DNA from: Escherichia coli
GTDB taxonomy: Bacteria > Pseudomonadota > Gammaproteobacteria > Enterobacterales > Enterobacteriaceae
Length of the DNA stretch: 64,000 nucleotides
Assembly: GCF_017348835.2 (NCBI RefSeq)
Contig: NZ_CP071375.1
Reading direction: 5' to 3' (one strand)
Each line of letters begins with the position of its first letter. Position 1 is the first letter of the stretch. Positions 34,251 to 45,938 of the stretch are shown one piece after another. The position numbers and the translations under genes were made by a program. The notes below the pieces were generated by a model, which searched no databases, was not told the origin of the DNA, and was given only the letters and a program-made list of their open reading frames with translations.

Positions 34251-34387
34251 TCCGTTCCTCATGGAGTTGTCGGTTCGTTTTAACGGTTGGTGATATCACT
34301 ATAGATATTGATCATTAAGTTGATTAGACCCAAAATCATGATTAGACCTATCATTTAAATGATTAATAGATTGTATGGAGATACTGA

Positions 34388-35287
34388 ATGAAGCGTGAAG
34401 AAATCGCTGATCTGATGGCGTTTGTCGTCGTTGCAGAGGAGCGTAGCTTCACTCGCGCTGCAGCCCGCCTGAGCATGGCGCAGTCAGCTTTAAGCCAGAT
34501 AGTGCGCCGTATAGAAGAACGATTGGGATTGCGGCTTCTGACGCGAACTACGCGCAGCGTTGTACCAACTGAAGCGGGCGAGCATCTTTTGTCTGTTCTT
34601 GGCCCTATGTTGCATGACATAGATTCTGCCCTGACATCCCTGAGCGATCTGCAGAACCGCCCATCCGGGACAATACGTATTACTACTGTAGAACATGCAG
34701 CAAAAACGATATTGTTACCAGCAATGCGCACATTCCTGAAATCGCATCCTGAAATTGATATCCAGCTTACCATTGATTATGGTTTGACCGATGTCGTTTC
34801 TGAACGTTTTGATGCAGGCGTCCGTCTGGGTGGGGAGATGGATAAAGATATGATCGCCATTCGAATCGGGCCAGATATACCAATGGCTATTGTTGGCTCA
34901 CCGGATTATTTTTCTCGCCGAAGTGTTCCAACGTCAGTGTCACAATTAATAGATCATCAGGCAATTAATTTGTACCTTCCCACATCGGGTACAGCAAATC
35001 GCTGGAGATTAATACGCGGTGGACGTGAAGTTCGTGTTCGCATGGAAGGTCAGCTTTTACTGAATACGATAGACCTGATCATTGATGCTGCAATTGATGG
35101 GCATGGATTGGCGTATCTACCTTATGATCAGGTTGAGCGGGCTATTAAAGAAAAAAAACTGATACGTGTTCTGGATAAATTCACACCAGATTTACCCGGT
35201 TATCACCTGTACTATCCACACCGTCGACATGCTGGCTCGGCATTCTCATTATTTATAGATAGGCTGAAGTATAAAGGTGCTGTTTAG
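34388..35287 (+). CDS. pgrR: LysR-family regulator of peptidoglycan degradation
   Basis: 299 aa with LysR HTH. Confidence 0.9.
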   Translation: MKREEIADLMAFVVVAEERSFTRAAARLSMAQSALSQIVRRIEERLGLRLLTRTTRSVVPTEAGEHLLSVLGPMLHDIDSALTSLSDLQNRPSGTIRITTVEHAAKTILLPAMRTFLKSHPEIDIQLTIDYGLTDVVSERFDAGVRLGGEMDKDMIAIRIGPDIPMAIVGSPDYFSRRSVPTSVSQLIDHQAINLYLPTSGTANRWRLIRGGREVRVRMEGQLLLNTIDLIIDAAIDGHGLAYLPYDQVERAIKEKKLIRVLDKFTPDLPGYHLYYPHRRHAGSAFSLFIDRLKYKGAV

Positions 35288-35623
35288 CACTACTTGCTGA
35301 TACATTAATTTAATTCTTCTCTTAACGTATTCTCAGTTCCTTTCAACGTTTTGGTTATTTTTTATTCTTCGTACAATGGCGACAGATGCTGATTATGATA
35401 CCGAAAACTGGTTTGAACGTGCGAAGCCCGAACGTAGTGTTCGGTGTTCTATGTGCTTTGCCGCATTTTGGCGTCTATTATTTACACTAAATCTAATTTA
35501 ATATATTGATACATAAAACATTTTATGCTTCCTGTGTCACTTTTTTGATGGAAGTTGTTTGCATTTCTTTAAGGCGAAACAAATAATTACGCATCAATTT
35601 TAATGTCGGTTAGAGGGAAACTT

Positions 35624-37237
35624 ATGAAGCACTCTGTTTCAGTCACGTGTTGTGCGCTGTTGGTCAGCAGCATTTCTCTTTCGTATGCTGCAGAAGTTCC
35701 GAGCGGCACAGTACTGGCAGAGAAGCAGGAGCTGGTGCGCCACATTAAAGATGAGCCTGCGTCGCTGGATCCCGCTAAAGCCGTGGGCCTGCCAGAGATT
35801 CAGGTCATTCGCGATCTGTTTGAAGGACTGGTGAATCAGAACGAGAAAGGGGAGATTGTCCCCGGCGTTGCGACTCAGTGGAAAAGTAATGACAACCGTA
35901 TCTGGACTTTTACCCTGCGCGATAACGCAAAATGGGCGGATGGCACACCGGTAACGGCGCAAGATTTTGTCTACAGCTGGCAGCGTCTGGTGGACCCGAA
36001 AACGCTATCGCCATTTGCATGGTTTGCCGCGCTGGCGGGAATCAACAACGCACAGGCGATTATTGATGGTAAAGCTACGCCTGACCAGCTTGGCGTCACC
36101 GCAGTTGATGCCCATACTTTGAAAATTCAGCTTGATAAACCGTTGCCGTGGTTTGTGAATTTAACCGCTAACTTTGCCTTCTTCCCGGTGCAAAAAGCCA
36201 ACGTAGAAAGCGGTAAAGAGTGGACGAAACCCGGAAATCTGATCGGCAATGGCGCTTATGTTCTTAAAGAGCGCGTAGTCAATGAAAAACTGGTCGTGGT
36301 ACCGAATACCCATTATTGGGATAACGCCAAAACGGTACTGCAAAAAGTGACCTTCCTGCCAATTAATCAGGAATCCGCAGCCACTAAGCGTTACCTCGCG
36401 GGGGATATTGATATCACCGAATCCTTCCCGAAAAATATGTATCAGAAGCTGTTGAAGGATATTCCGGGGCAGGTTTATACGCCGCCGCAGCTCGGGACCT
36501 ATTATTATGCGTTTAACACGCAAAAAGGGCCGACGGCAGATCAGCGCGTTCGTCTGGCATTAAGTATGACGATAGATCGCCGCCTGATGACCGAAAAAGT
36601 ATTAGGGACGGGCGAAAAGCCAGCGTGGCATTTTACACCAGATGTTACCGCCGGATTTACGCCGGAACCTTCGCCGTTTGAACAAATGAGTCAGGAAGAA
36701 CTGAATGCGCAGGCAAAAACTTTGTTGAGCGCAGCTGGTTATGGTCCGCAAAAACCGCTGAAGCTGACGCTTTTGTATAACACTTCAGAAAACCATCAAA
36801 AAATTGCGATTGCTGTAGCATCGATGTGGAAAAAGAACCTTGGCGTAGATGTTAAATTGCAAAATCAGGAATGGAAAACCTATATCGATAGCCGTAACAC
36901 CGGCAATTTTGATGTTATCCGCGCCTCATGGGTGGGGGATTATAATGAACCCTCCACGTTCCTGACATTATTAACGTCAACGCATTCAGGAAATATTTCA
37001 CGCTTTAACAATCCGGCATACGACAAAGTTCTGGCCCAGGCATCGACGGAAAATACCGTTAAAGCGCGTAATGCCGATTACAACGCGGCAGAAAAAATCC
37101 TCATGGAGCAAGCACCGATTGCACCAATTTATCAATATACCAATGGACGATTAATCAAACCGTGGCTGAAAGGTTATCCCATTAATAACCCTGAAGATGT
37201 GGCGTACAGTCGGACTATGTATATTGTGAAGCATTGA
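35624..37237 (+). CDS. mppA: murein tripeptide periplasmic binding protein
   Basis: 537 aa from MKHSVSVTCCALL with signal peptide. Confidence 0.95.
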   Translation: MKHSVSVTCCALLVSSISLSYAAEVPSGTVLAEKQELVRHIKDEPASLDPAKAVGLPEIQVIRDLFEGLVNQNEKGEIVPGVATQWKSNDNRIWTFTLRDNAKWADGTPVTAQDFVYSWQRLVDPKTLSPFAWFAALAGINNAQAIIDGKATPDQLGVTAVDAHTLKIQLDKPLPWFVNLTANFAFFPVQKANVESGKEWTKPGNLIGNGAYVLKERVVNEKLVVVPNTHYWDNAKTVLQKVTFLPINQESAATKRYLAGDIDITESFPKNMYQKLLKDIPGQVYTPPQLGTYYYAFNTQKGPTADQRVRLALSMTIDRRLMTEKVLGTGEKPAWHFTPDVTAGFTPEPSPFEQMSQEELNAQAKTLLSAAGYGPQKPLKLTLLYNTSENHQKIAIAVASMWKKNLGVDVKLQNQEWKTYIDSRNTGNFDVIRASWVGDYNEPSTFLTLLTSTHSGNISRFNNPAYDKVLAQASTENTVKARNADYNAAEKILMEQAPIAPIYQYTNGRLIKPWLKGYPINNPEDVAYSRTMYIVKH

Positions 37238-37287
37238 TGTGATGGGAACTGGCGTTACCCTTGTGGATAACGCCAGTGATGTCTGAT

Positions 37288-38319
37288 TTAGCGACCCTGT
37301 TCCGGCGGTGTAATGTTATCCATATACAGCGTCTGGCTGGGGAAGGCAAAGTCCGCGCCGTGTGACTGTACAATATCGATAATCTTCAAATAAACGTCTT
37401 GCTGTGCAGCAAGCCACTCAGCCCATACCGTGGTTTTGGTAAAGCAATAAACCATAATATTCAATGACGAGTCAGCAAACTGGTTGAAATAAACCAGTAA
37501 GGTTTGTCGCTGGTCGATGGCCGGGTGATTTTTCAGCATCTCACGTACGGCTTCGACGATAACGCCCACTTTTGCCGCATCCTCATAACGTAAACCAATG
37601 GTCGTGGTAATGCGGCGGTTGGTCATTCGTCCTGGGTTTTCTACGCTGATCGACGAAAACAGCGAGTTCGGTACGTACAATGGACGATTATCAAAGGTCG
37701 TAATTTTGGTAATTCGCCAGCCAATTTCCGCTACTGTACCTTCGATATTTCTGTCCGGTGAACGGATCCAGTCGCCAATACTGAAAGGACGGTCGAAATA
37801 GAGCATGATCCCGGAAAAGAAATTACTCAGAATATCTTTACCGGCCATACCGACAGCCAGACCACCAATACCACCAAAGGTCAGCAAGCCAGAAAGGCTC
37901 ATGCCGAAATGTTCGCCATAAAGCAGAACAAGCACCACAATAATGGTGATTTTGATAATGCGCGACATAATCCGCGCACTGGTGATATCGCGACCTTTTT
38001 TAATCTGCTGTTTTTCAAACTGATTAATCAGCAAAAATAGCTTAATCGTCAGAATAACCGCAATCAGGGACGTACAGATAAAATCGATAACGCCTGGGGT
38101 GATAAATTTGAGTTTATAGTTTTCTATAACATAATTAATAATGCTACCAACAGCACTGATAATTATGGTGTAGATTAAAAATTGCACCGCATGGAATAAA
38201 AAACCTTTTCTTTTACGATTTCCGCGGCGAAACCAAAAGCTCATCAGAATCAATGCTGCGCAGCTACCGAAAATAATGACCAGATTAAGCGCATTATTTG
38301 TAAACAGTTCAGCGATCAT
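37288..38319 (-). CDS. ynaI: low-conductance mechanosensitive channel (MscS family)
   Basis: 343 aa. Confidence 0.9.
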
Positions 38320-38562
38320 TGTTTTATCAGGCTCCTCCAGATAATTGTCGTCATGCCGGAAACCCCTGGCGGGGCTATTTTACCGCGACAATTCATTCAG
38401 ATCATCAATAGTCAGGGAAGGAAGTAGCAACATTAGCTAACTAATCAATGCGTTGATTGTAAATCCAGCTAAGAGGTGAGGTTTTCAGAGCAGACAACGG
38501 TGAAATGTCATGGTATTGTTACGTTTAGGTAACAAGAAATTTGTCTGCACAAGGATTACATT

Positions 38563-38820
38563 ATGATTATGGCGAAACTGAAGTCAGCGAAAGGGAAGAA
38601 ATTTCTCTTTGGTTTGTTGGCGGTTTTCATTATTGCGGCGTCGGTTGTGACTCGCGCGACTATCGGCGGCGTTATAGAACAGTACAATATTCCGCTGTCT
38701 GAGTGGACGACATCAATGTATGTGATTCAGTCATCGATGATTTTTGTTTATAGCCTGGTCTTTACTGTGTTGCTGGCAATCCCGTTGGGAATTTATTTCC
38801 TTGGCGGCGAAGAGCAGTAA
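38563..38820 (+). CDS. ynaJ: small inner membrane protein (DUF2534)
   Basis: 85 aa with two predicted transmembrane segments. Confidence 0.85.
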   Translation: MIMAKLKSAKGKKFLFGLLAVFIIAASVVTRATIGGVIEQYNIPLSEWTTSMYVIQSSMIFVYSLVFTVLLAIPLGIYFLGGEEQ

Positions 38821-38830
38821 GTAAAAAATA

Positions 38831-38848
38831 GGCCCGATAACTCGGGCC
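38831..38848. terminator. bidirectional terminator hairpin between convergent ynaJ and uspE
   Basis: GGCCCG-ATAACT-CGGGCC flanked by A/T runs. Confidence 0.55.
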
Positions 38849-38869
38849 TTGTCAGTTATTGAAGAGTCG

Positions 38870-39820
38870 TTAATCGTCTTCTTCGTCATCCAGTTCAACG
38901 GGTGTCTGATACTGGTCAGGTTTAATGACCAACAGATCGCAGCGAAGATGATCAATCACCTGTTCCGCCGTGTTGCCGAGGAATGCTGCTGAAATACCGG
39001 TGCGTCCTACCGTGCCCAGAACCACAATCCCCGCCTGTAAGTGCTCCGCCAAATCAGGAATCACCTCTTCTGGCAGACCTTTTTCTACGTGCGTCATGTT
39101 TTCATTAATGCCGAATTTCTGCCGCAGAGCTTTCATTGCCAGCAAATGTTGCCCACGAATGGCATCGTTATAAACGCTCGGATCAAATTCCGGCAGTTCA
39201 ATCGCGATATTAATTGGCGTTACTGGGTAAGCGCCAACCAGATGAACTTCGGTATGGTTGACTTGTTCTGCCAGTTCGATCGTCTCTTTGACCAGTTTTT
39301 CATTGAGTGCATTATGATACGGCTCTTCACTGGCGAGATTCACCGCCACCAGCGCCTTACCTCCTTCCGGCCACGGCTGGTCTTTCACCATCCACACCGG
39401 GCTTGGGCATTTGCGTAACAGATGCCAGTCCGTTGGCGTAAAAATCACCGCTTCCAGACGGTCATGTTGGTGCGCCATTTTTAGCACCAAATCGTGCCCG
39501 CCGCTGATCACTTCCTGAATGATGGCTTCGAAAGGACGGTTATGCCAGACCACTTTAATTTCAATGGGAACGCCAGCATTGAGATAATATTTTGCTTGCT
39601 CGTGGATCCAGGCTGTACGCTGGCTGATGACGCCCTGACGCATAGCGGTACGTTCGTCCGGGGAGAGCAGGGTGGTCATTTCGTATGAGAAGTCATAGAT
39701 CGGCAAAAAGGCTTTAATTTTGCCACCAATCCGTTGATGTAAATAAACAGCTCGCCGCAATGCTGGTTGGTCGTCCTGGTTAGGATCGATAACAACGAGC
39801 ATGTTCTGATACATAGCCAT
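38870..39820 (-). CDS. uspE: universal stress protein E (tandem Usp domains)
   Basis: 316 aa from [15 protein letters not shown]. Confidence 0.95.
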   Translation of the reverse strand: MAMYQNMLVVIDPNQDDQPALRRAVYLHQRIGGKIKAFLPIYDFSYEMTTLLSPDERTAMRQGVISQRTAWIHEQAKYYLNAGVPIEIKVVWHNRPFEAIIQEVISGGHDLVLKMAHQHDRLEAVIFTPTDWHLLRKCPSPVWMVKDQPWPEGGKALVAVNLASEEPYHNALNEKLVKETIELAEQVNHTEVHLVGAYPVTPINIAIELPEFDPSVYNDAIRGQHLLAMKALRQKFGINENMTHVEKGLPEEVIPDLAEHLQAGIVVLGTVGRTGISAAFLGNTAEQVIDHLRCDLLVIKPDQYQTPVELDDEEDD

Positions 39821-39971
39821 ACAGGGTCTCCTTACAACAACTGTCAACGCAGTTTGTAATTAAAAGATTAACCCATATCTGGTGAATGAAACAGTGATGA
39901 ACCTTCTGCCAGATCAATAAATCAGAAAAATTTAATGATATGACAGAAGGATAGTGAGTTATGCGGAAAAA

Positions 39972-40724
39972 TCAGGCAACGTTACGCGTATGACCAGCAA
40001 GCTGGGCCAGCGCATCGTTATTTTCGATGGTGATGTATTTACCTTTGACTGCCAGCATGCCGCTTTTCTGGAAGCGACCCAGCAGACGGCTGATGGTTTC
40101 TACCGTCAGGCCCAGATAGTTACCGATATCGCCACGAGTCATCGTCAGGCGGAATTCACGAGGGGAGAAGCCGCGTTGGGCAAAACGACGGGACAGGTTG
40201 TAGATGAATGCAGCCAGACGTTCCTCGGCATTTTTCTTCGACAACAGCAGGATCATGTCCTGATCGCCTTTGATTTCACCGCTCATCAGACGCATCATCT
40301 GCTGACGCAGATTCGGCATTTTACCGGACAAATCGTCCAGCGTTTCGAACGGGATTTCACATACCATCGAGGTTTCCAGCGCCTGCGCGAAGCTCGGGTG
40401 ATGGCCGCTGCCGATGGCGTCAAATCCCACCAGGTCGCCTGCTAAATGGAAACCAGTGATTTGCTCGTCGCCTTGCTCAGTGATGGTATAACTTTTAATC
40501 GTACCGGAGCGGATGGCATAAAGCGATTTAAGTTCATCACCAGCCTTAAACAGCGTCTGGCCTTTCTGAATAGGCTTCTTCCGCTCAATGATATTATCAA
40601 GCTGATCAAGCTCATGTTCGTTGAGTGTGAACGGGATGCAAAGCTGGCTGATGCTGCAATCCTGGCAATGGATAGCACAACCGCCAGACTGAATGCGCCG
40701 TATAATTCGCTTTTCCGGGATCAT
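39972..40724 (-). CDS. fnr: fumarate/nitrate reduction global regulator (CRP/FNR family)
   Basis: 250 aa from [29 protein letters not shown] with the N-terminal Cys cluster. Confidence 0.97.
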
Positions 40725-40743
40725 AGGTCTGCTCAAGCCGTAA

Positions 40744-40757
40744 TTGATATTTGTCAA
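40744..40757. promoter_or_regulatory. FNR-box-like site in the fnr promoter region (autoregulation)
   Basis: TTGAT-ATTT-GTCAA, close to the TTGAT-N4-ATCAA consensus, immediately upstream of the fnr start. Confidence 0.5.
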
Positions 40758-40918
40758 TTTTAACATCTTTTTAGGGAGCAAGTAAGTCTAAGCAAACCTT
40801 AACAGCAGAGAATTCCGATATTAGATGTAAATATATGTCTATCTATTTGAAAAACCTTAAGTTGTTAAGGGTGACTTTACATAAAAGTGTGAACAAGCTG
40901 GCACAAATTGTTTAATGT

Positions 40919-41434
40919 TTACAGCAAAAGATAACCTTCGTGGCGCAATAACCACTCTTTTCGCTGAACTCCGCCTGCATATCCGGTCATGGTGCCGTTT
41001 CGGCCAATAACCCGATGGCAAGGTACGACGATGCTGATGGGATTCGATCCGTTTGCCGCACCAACGGCACGCGCCGCGCCAGGGCGGCCCAATTGTTCAG
41101 CCAGTTGGCCGTAATGCATTACCTGCCCGCAGGGGATAGTGCGTAGTGTTTTCCAGACTTCGCGCTGAAATGGCGTCCCCCCTGTGGCAGTGGGAAGCGT
41201 ATCAATAATGCTAAGATTACCGGCAAAATAATCACGAAGCTTGTCGCTTAAACCGCCTGGGTTGGTGGCAGAAATGCGCTCATAGCCTTCTTTGCGATAA
41301 TGGATGTCCAGCAACTGCACCATGCGTTCGCTGTACTCTTCCCATTCAACCGCCCGCAGGCGAAATTGCTCATCGCAAATCACCCATAGTGGACCCAGTG
41401 GTGTGGCAATTTTTTCTTCAAGTAATCTCAGCAT
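40919..41434 (-). CDS. ogt: O6-methylguanine-DNA methyltransferase
   Basis: 171 aa with PCHRV active-site motif. Confidence 0.95.
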   Translation of the reverse strand: MLRLLEEKIATPLGPLWVICDEQFRLRAVEWEEYSERMVQLLDIHYRKEGYERISATNPGGLSDKLRDYFAGNLSIIDTLPTATGGTPFQREVWKTLRTIPCGQVMHYGQLAEQLGRPGAARAVGAANGSNPISIVVPCHRVIGRNGTMTGYAGGVQRKEWLLRHEGYLLL

Positions 41435-41444
41435 CCGTTCTCTC

Positions 41445-42971
41445 TTAAGACAAACGTGGGTAAATACCCGGACCTATCGGCAGGCCCACAAGATACCACG
41501 CCAGCAACATTAGCAGCCATACCACCAAAAAGATAAGCGGATAGGGAAAGACTAACGAATAGTAAGTACCCAGTTTCGCGTCTGGTTTGTAGCGTTGCAG
41601 GAATCCAAGAAACAGTGGAACAAAAGGAGATACTAGCGCTAAAGGCAATACGGATGAGTCGGCAATACGAAAGAGGATTTGCGCAAATGCCGGGTGAAAG
41701 CCAAGTAGCATAAACATTGGTACGAAAATGGGGGCCAGAATCGACCAGATTGCGGAACCGCTGGCGATAAACATGCATAAGAAAGAGGAAAGCAACGCCA
41801 GACCGACAAACGCCGGGATGCCGCTAAGCCCTGAACTTTCCAGTATATCGGTCAGCCCCACGGCGATGAATTTCCCCATGTTGCTCCAGTTAAACATGGC
41901 GACAAACTGGGCGAGGGGAAAAACCATCACGATAAATCCCGCCATCTCTTTCATCGGTTCAATCATTAAATGCGGTAAATCCGCCTGACGTCGAATTGTG
42001 CGGGTAGCGATGCCATAAGCCAGCGAGACCACAAAGAAAAAAAGAATGATCAGTGGCACGATACCTTTAATAAAGGGTGATGGCATCACGGTGTGATTAA
42101 TCGGATCGCGCAATATCCCGTTTTCCGGGATCACCATCAGCGCAATCGCAGCAATAAAAAGTAGCGATACGACACCTGCTATGCGTAAACCAAAACGCTG
42201 ACTTTCGGTCAATGTCTGCAGTTTCTCATCGCTGTTTCCCTGCCATTGACCTAACCGTGGCTCGATGATTTTGTCGGTTATCAGGCCGCCAACAATCGTC
42301 AGTACGACTACGGAGCTGGCCATAAAATACCAGTTATCAATTACACTGACGTGCATTTGCGGATTGAACGCAGCCGCCGCTTCCGTGCTGATCCCCGACA
42401 GCAACACGTCGGTTGTGACAATCAGTAAATTAGCCGTAAAGCCGCAACCTACGCCTGCAATGGCAGCCAGTAAACCTGCAACTGGATGCCTGCCCACCGC
42501 CAGAAAAATCAGCGCACCCATCGGTGGCATGATCACTAACGCCGCATCGGAAGAAATGTGGCTGAAAAAAGCAATAAACAGCACCATATAACTGGCGTAG
42601 CGGGCATTAACATGCGATGCCATTTTAACCATTAGTGCTGGCAGTAAGCCGACGCGCTCCGCCAGACCGGCACCTAAAACCAGCGCCAGGATCGCACCAA
42701 GTGGAGCAAAACCGCTAAAGTTTTTAATAACATTGGGTAAAAACCAGTGTAATCCTTCCACACTGAGCAGGTTTTTCACCACCACCGGCGTACCATCGGT
42801 CGGGTTTTTCGCACTGACGCCAAAGGCCGACAAAATTGCCGTCGTCACCATGAGTACGATAATCAAATAGATAAAGAGCAAAAAAGGATGGAGAACCTTG
42901 TTACCAATTCTTTCGACCCAGCCATAGAGCTTCCCGGATTGGGAGGACGACGGTATGGATGACATACTCAT
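41445..42971 (-). CDS. abgT: p-aminobenzoyl-glutamate transporter
   Basis: 508 aa polytopic membrane protein from [11 protein letters not shown]. Confidence 0.9.
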   Translation of the reverse strand: MSMSSIPSSSQSGKLYGWVERIGNKVLHPFLLFIYLIIVLMVTTAILSAFGVSAKNPTDGTPVVVKNLLSVEGLHWFLPNVIKNFSGFAPLGAILALVLGAGLAERVGLLPALMVKMASHVNARYASYMVLFIAFFSHISSDAALVIMPPMGALIFLAVGRHPVAGLLAAIAGVGCGFTANLLIVTTDVLLSGISTEAAAAFNPQMHVSVIDNWYFMASSVVVLTIVGGLITDKIIEPRLGQWQGNSDEKLQTLTESQRFGLRIAGVVSLLFIAAIALMVIPENGILRDPINHTVMPSPFIKGIVPLIILFFFVVSLAYGIATRTIRRQADLPHLMIEPMKEMAGFIVMVFPLAQFVAMFNWSNMGKFIAVGLTDILESSGLSGIPAFVGLALLSSFLCMFIASGSAIWSILAPIFVPMFMLLGFHPAFAQILFRIADSSVLPLALVSPFVPLFLGFLQRYKPDAKLGTYYSLVFPYPLIFLVVWLLMLLAWYLVGLPIGPGIYPRLS

Positions 42972-43007
42972 GGGCATTCCTCGGTTGTTGTGTTTGCGTT
43001 GTTGTTG

Positions 43008-44453
43008 TTATTTTAAAGGTGACGGTGTCACGTTTTTCGGGATAGGGCAGTGATACGGTTGCGTGTCCGTAACTTGCTGATGCTCTTGTTGGCATTCTTG
43101 CAATAGCCCTGAATCAAGGAAGAGATTGACTGTGGTTGCTGCCATAGTTTTCGCCGCCAGCAGCATTCCTTTATGAGCAATAGATGTTCGCCCCTGGCTA
43201 ACCAGTTGCCACGTATGTAGGGGTGTACCGACGGCAAAACAGGGGCTGAAACACTGGGCAACAGGCAGTTTCCAACTGACGTCGCCGACATCAGTCGATG
43301 CCGCAAGCACGTTATCGGTGGCGGCATATGGAGCGACTTCATTCGCCAGTACCGTTTCACGATGACGTAGTGCAAAAACCTTGCCGTTTTCGCCACCGGT
43401 TGCGGCGATATTATTCAGACTGTTTTGCCGATCGTTGGAGGTGAGCGTAGCCTGAATTTGTTTCGCAAAAGCCAGTTCTTCGGAGTTCCATTCCGGGGTA
43501 CCAAAATGGGATAGGGCCTGGTACATGGCATTTTCTAAGGTGCGATTCGGGAGATAACTGGAACAGGCTTTGTCGAAGCGGCATTCAACCGTGGTTTCGG
43601 TCATCAATGCCGCACCTTCGGCGATTTTGGCGACCCGATCATAAATATGCTGCACGTCGGTCATTTCGGGGGCGCGGATAAGATAAAGCACTTCTGCCTG
43701 CGCCTGGACCACGTTGGGCGAGATCCCGCCGCTATTTGTGATGGCATAGTGTACGCGCGCTTTTTCAATAATATGTTCGTTGAGGAAGTTGGTGCCAGTG
43801 GTCATCAACGTTACGGCATCAAGGGCGCTGCGTCCCAAATGAGGGGAATTCGCGGCATGTGCTGCGATCCCTTTAAAGCGCCATGATGCCTGAATGTTTG
43901 CCAGCGTGCGGGTATTGAACATACCGGCAAAGGCTTCCGGGTGCCAGGTGAGTGCCGCATCCACATCATCAAATACCCCCTCGCGGACCATGAACGTTTT
44001 ACCCGAGCCGCCTTCTTCGCCAGGACAACCATAAAAGCGCACTGTGCCGCCTTGCCCATATTGTTCCAGCCATTTCTTGACGGCTATTGCAGCGGCAAAG
44101 GCGGCGGTTCCCAGCAAATTGTGTCCGCAACCATGACCATTTTCACCGGGCGTCGCGGATGTAGGTTGCGCGCATCCAGCTTGCTGACTTAAACCTGCCA
44201 GGGCGTCATATTCTCCAAGCAGGGCGATAACCGGTTTGCCTTGACCAAACGAAGCAATAAAGGCATTTGGGATATTGCCTACGTTGCGGGTAACGGTGAA
44301 GCCTGCAGATTCCAGCGCCGAAGCCAGATGCTCCGCTGACCAGAACTCTTCAAAACGTGTTTCTGGATGATCCCAGATTTGATCGGCAATATCGGTATAA
44401 CGTTGGCGATCGGCTTCAATCGCATCGTCGATAAAACGATAGATTTCCTGCAT
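43008..44453 (-). CDS. abgB: p-aminobenzoyl-glutamate hydrolase subunit B (M20 peptidase family)
   Basis: 481 aa. Confidence 0.9.
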   Translation of the reverse strand: MQEIYRFIDDAIEADRQRYTDIADQIWDHPETRFEEFWSAEHLASALESAGFTVTRNVGNIPNAFIASFGQGKPVIALLGEYDALAGLSQQAGCAQPTSATPGENGHGCGHNLLGTAAFAAAIAVKKWLEQYGQGGTVRFYGCPGEEGGSGKTFMVREGVFDDVDAALTWHPEAFAGMFNTRTLANIQASWRFKGIAAHAANSPHLGRSALDAVTLMTTGTNFLNEHIIEKARVHYAITNSGGISPNVVQAQAEVLYLIRAPEMTDVQHIYDRVAKIAEGAALMTETTVECRFDKACSSYLPNRTLENAMYQALSHFGTPEWNSEELAFAKQIQATLTSNDRQNSLNNIAATGGENGKVFALRHRETVLANEVAPYAATDNVLAASTDVGDVSWKLPVAQCFSPCFAVGTPLHTWQLVSQGRTSIAHKGMLLAAKTMAATTVNLFLDSGLLQECQQEHQQVTDTQPYHCPIPKNVTPSPLK

Positions 44454-45763
44454 CAGATACCTCGCGTCCAGGGAAAATTGAGCGCGGTGCGCGCCAGCGT
44501 TTCGACGGCAATAGCGAGAACCTGCTCGTCAAAATCGAATTTTTCGTTGTGATGACCTGCCGCCAGCTGTGTGCCAAACACCATGTAGGAGGCTTGCCCT
44601 TGATGTTGCTGCACGCGGGCCATCATTAATGTGGCATCTTCGGAACCCGCAGGCGCTTCGACACGTTCAATGGCCTGATTGACCCCCGCGACCTGAGCCG
44701 CCTGACTTTGCAACCATGCGACCCATTGCGGCGAAGGAGAACTGGCGGTAGCTGCACCCATCAGACGAGTTTCAACGCCGACACCATACATGGTTGCTGC
44801 GCCCTGAATCGCTTGTTGTGCACGATCAAAAACATATTGATTAATGACGTCGCTGGCCCCGCGTGTTTCCACTTTCAGCAACGCCGAGGCAGGAACAACG
44901 TTACGACCGCTTCCTGCCTGCATAACGCCCACGTTTACTCTGGAAGCTCCTTCGCTGTGCGGGGCGATTGCATGCAGTGCAAGAGTGGCTTGTGCTGCCG
45001 CCAACAAGGCATTGTGACCGTCTTCTGGTTTTGCGCCTGCGTGAGCGGCGGTACCGGTGAAGTGCGCGTCAAATTTGGTGGTTGCCATAAAATTATCACT
45101 GCCGCACACCACGGTGCCCGCAGGTACGCCAGTGCCAATGTGCGCGGCAGTAAAATAATCAACATCATCTACGACACCTGCATCGACCATCGCCCGCGCG
45201 CCACGCGTACCTTCCTCTGCAGGCTGAAAAATCAGTTTGATGACGCCATGTAGTCCGGACTCGAATTGTTTAAGGGTATGCGCCAGCCCAAGCCCAATGG
45301 CGGTATGCCCATCATGACCACAGGCATGCATCATTCCGGCGTTACATGACGCAAAACCGTCGCGGTAGGGGCGATGGCTGACATCCTGCTCTTCACTGAG
45401 ATCCAGCGCGTCCATATCGACACGGAAAGCCATCACCGGACCGGGGCGACCGGTATCCAGGGTGGCGACGATACCCGTGAAACCACCTTCAAAAGCCGCA
45501 ATCCATTGTGCTAGCGCACCCTGTTGCCGAGCGCGCTCGAATTCGCGTTGTAGAGTGAGTTCATCAGGAAGTCCCATCCGGCTACTTTCATTAACTACTT
45601 CGCGGCCCAGCGCCAGTGAATAGCCGAGCTGCTGCAATTCTTCCGCAACAAGGGTGGCAGTGCGGAATTCCACCCAGCCAGACTCTGCATAGTGATGAAA
45701 ATCACGTCGCCAGTGCGATAATTTTGGGGCAAGCGAATTAACAAATTGATTCAAAGACTCCAT
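44453..45763 (-). CDS. abgA: p-aminobenzoyl-glutamate hydrolase subunit A (M20 family)
   Basis: 436 aa from MESLNQFVNSL. Confidence 0.9.
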   Translation of the reverse strand: MESLNQFVNSLAPKLSHWRRDFHHYAESGWVEFRTATLVAEELQQLGYSLALGREVVNESSRMGLPDELTLQREFERARQQGALAQWIAAFEGGFTGIVATLDTGRPGPVMAFRVDMDALDLSEEQDVSHRPYRDGFASCNAGMMHACGHDGHTAIGLGLAHTLKQFESGLHGVIKLIFQPAEEGTRGARAMVDAGVVDDVDYFTAAHIGTGVPAGTVVCGSDNFMATTKFDAHFTGTAAHAGAKPEDGHNALLAAAQATLALHAIAPHSEGASRVNVGVMQAGSGRNVVPASALLKVETRGASDVINQYVFDRAQQAIQGAATMYGVGVETRLMGAATASSPSPQWVAWLQSQAAQVAGVNQAIERVEAPAGSEDATLMMARVQQHQGQASYMVFGTQLAAGHHNEKFDFDEQVLAIAVETLARTALNFPWTRGI

Positions 45764-45938
45764 AACCTTTCCCGTCATCAGTAAAAAGTGTGACCCGGTT
45801 CACGTAGCGATAGTTTTTACTTATCACTAACTGATTTTTCACAGTTTTAACCGTTCATAAATTACCCTGACACAATCATCTGCATTAAAGTAGATGCCAG
45901 TTTCTTTGGTCTGATAAATAACGGTTATCGGTGGCGTC

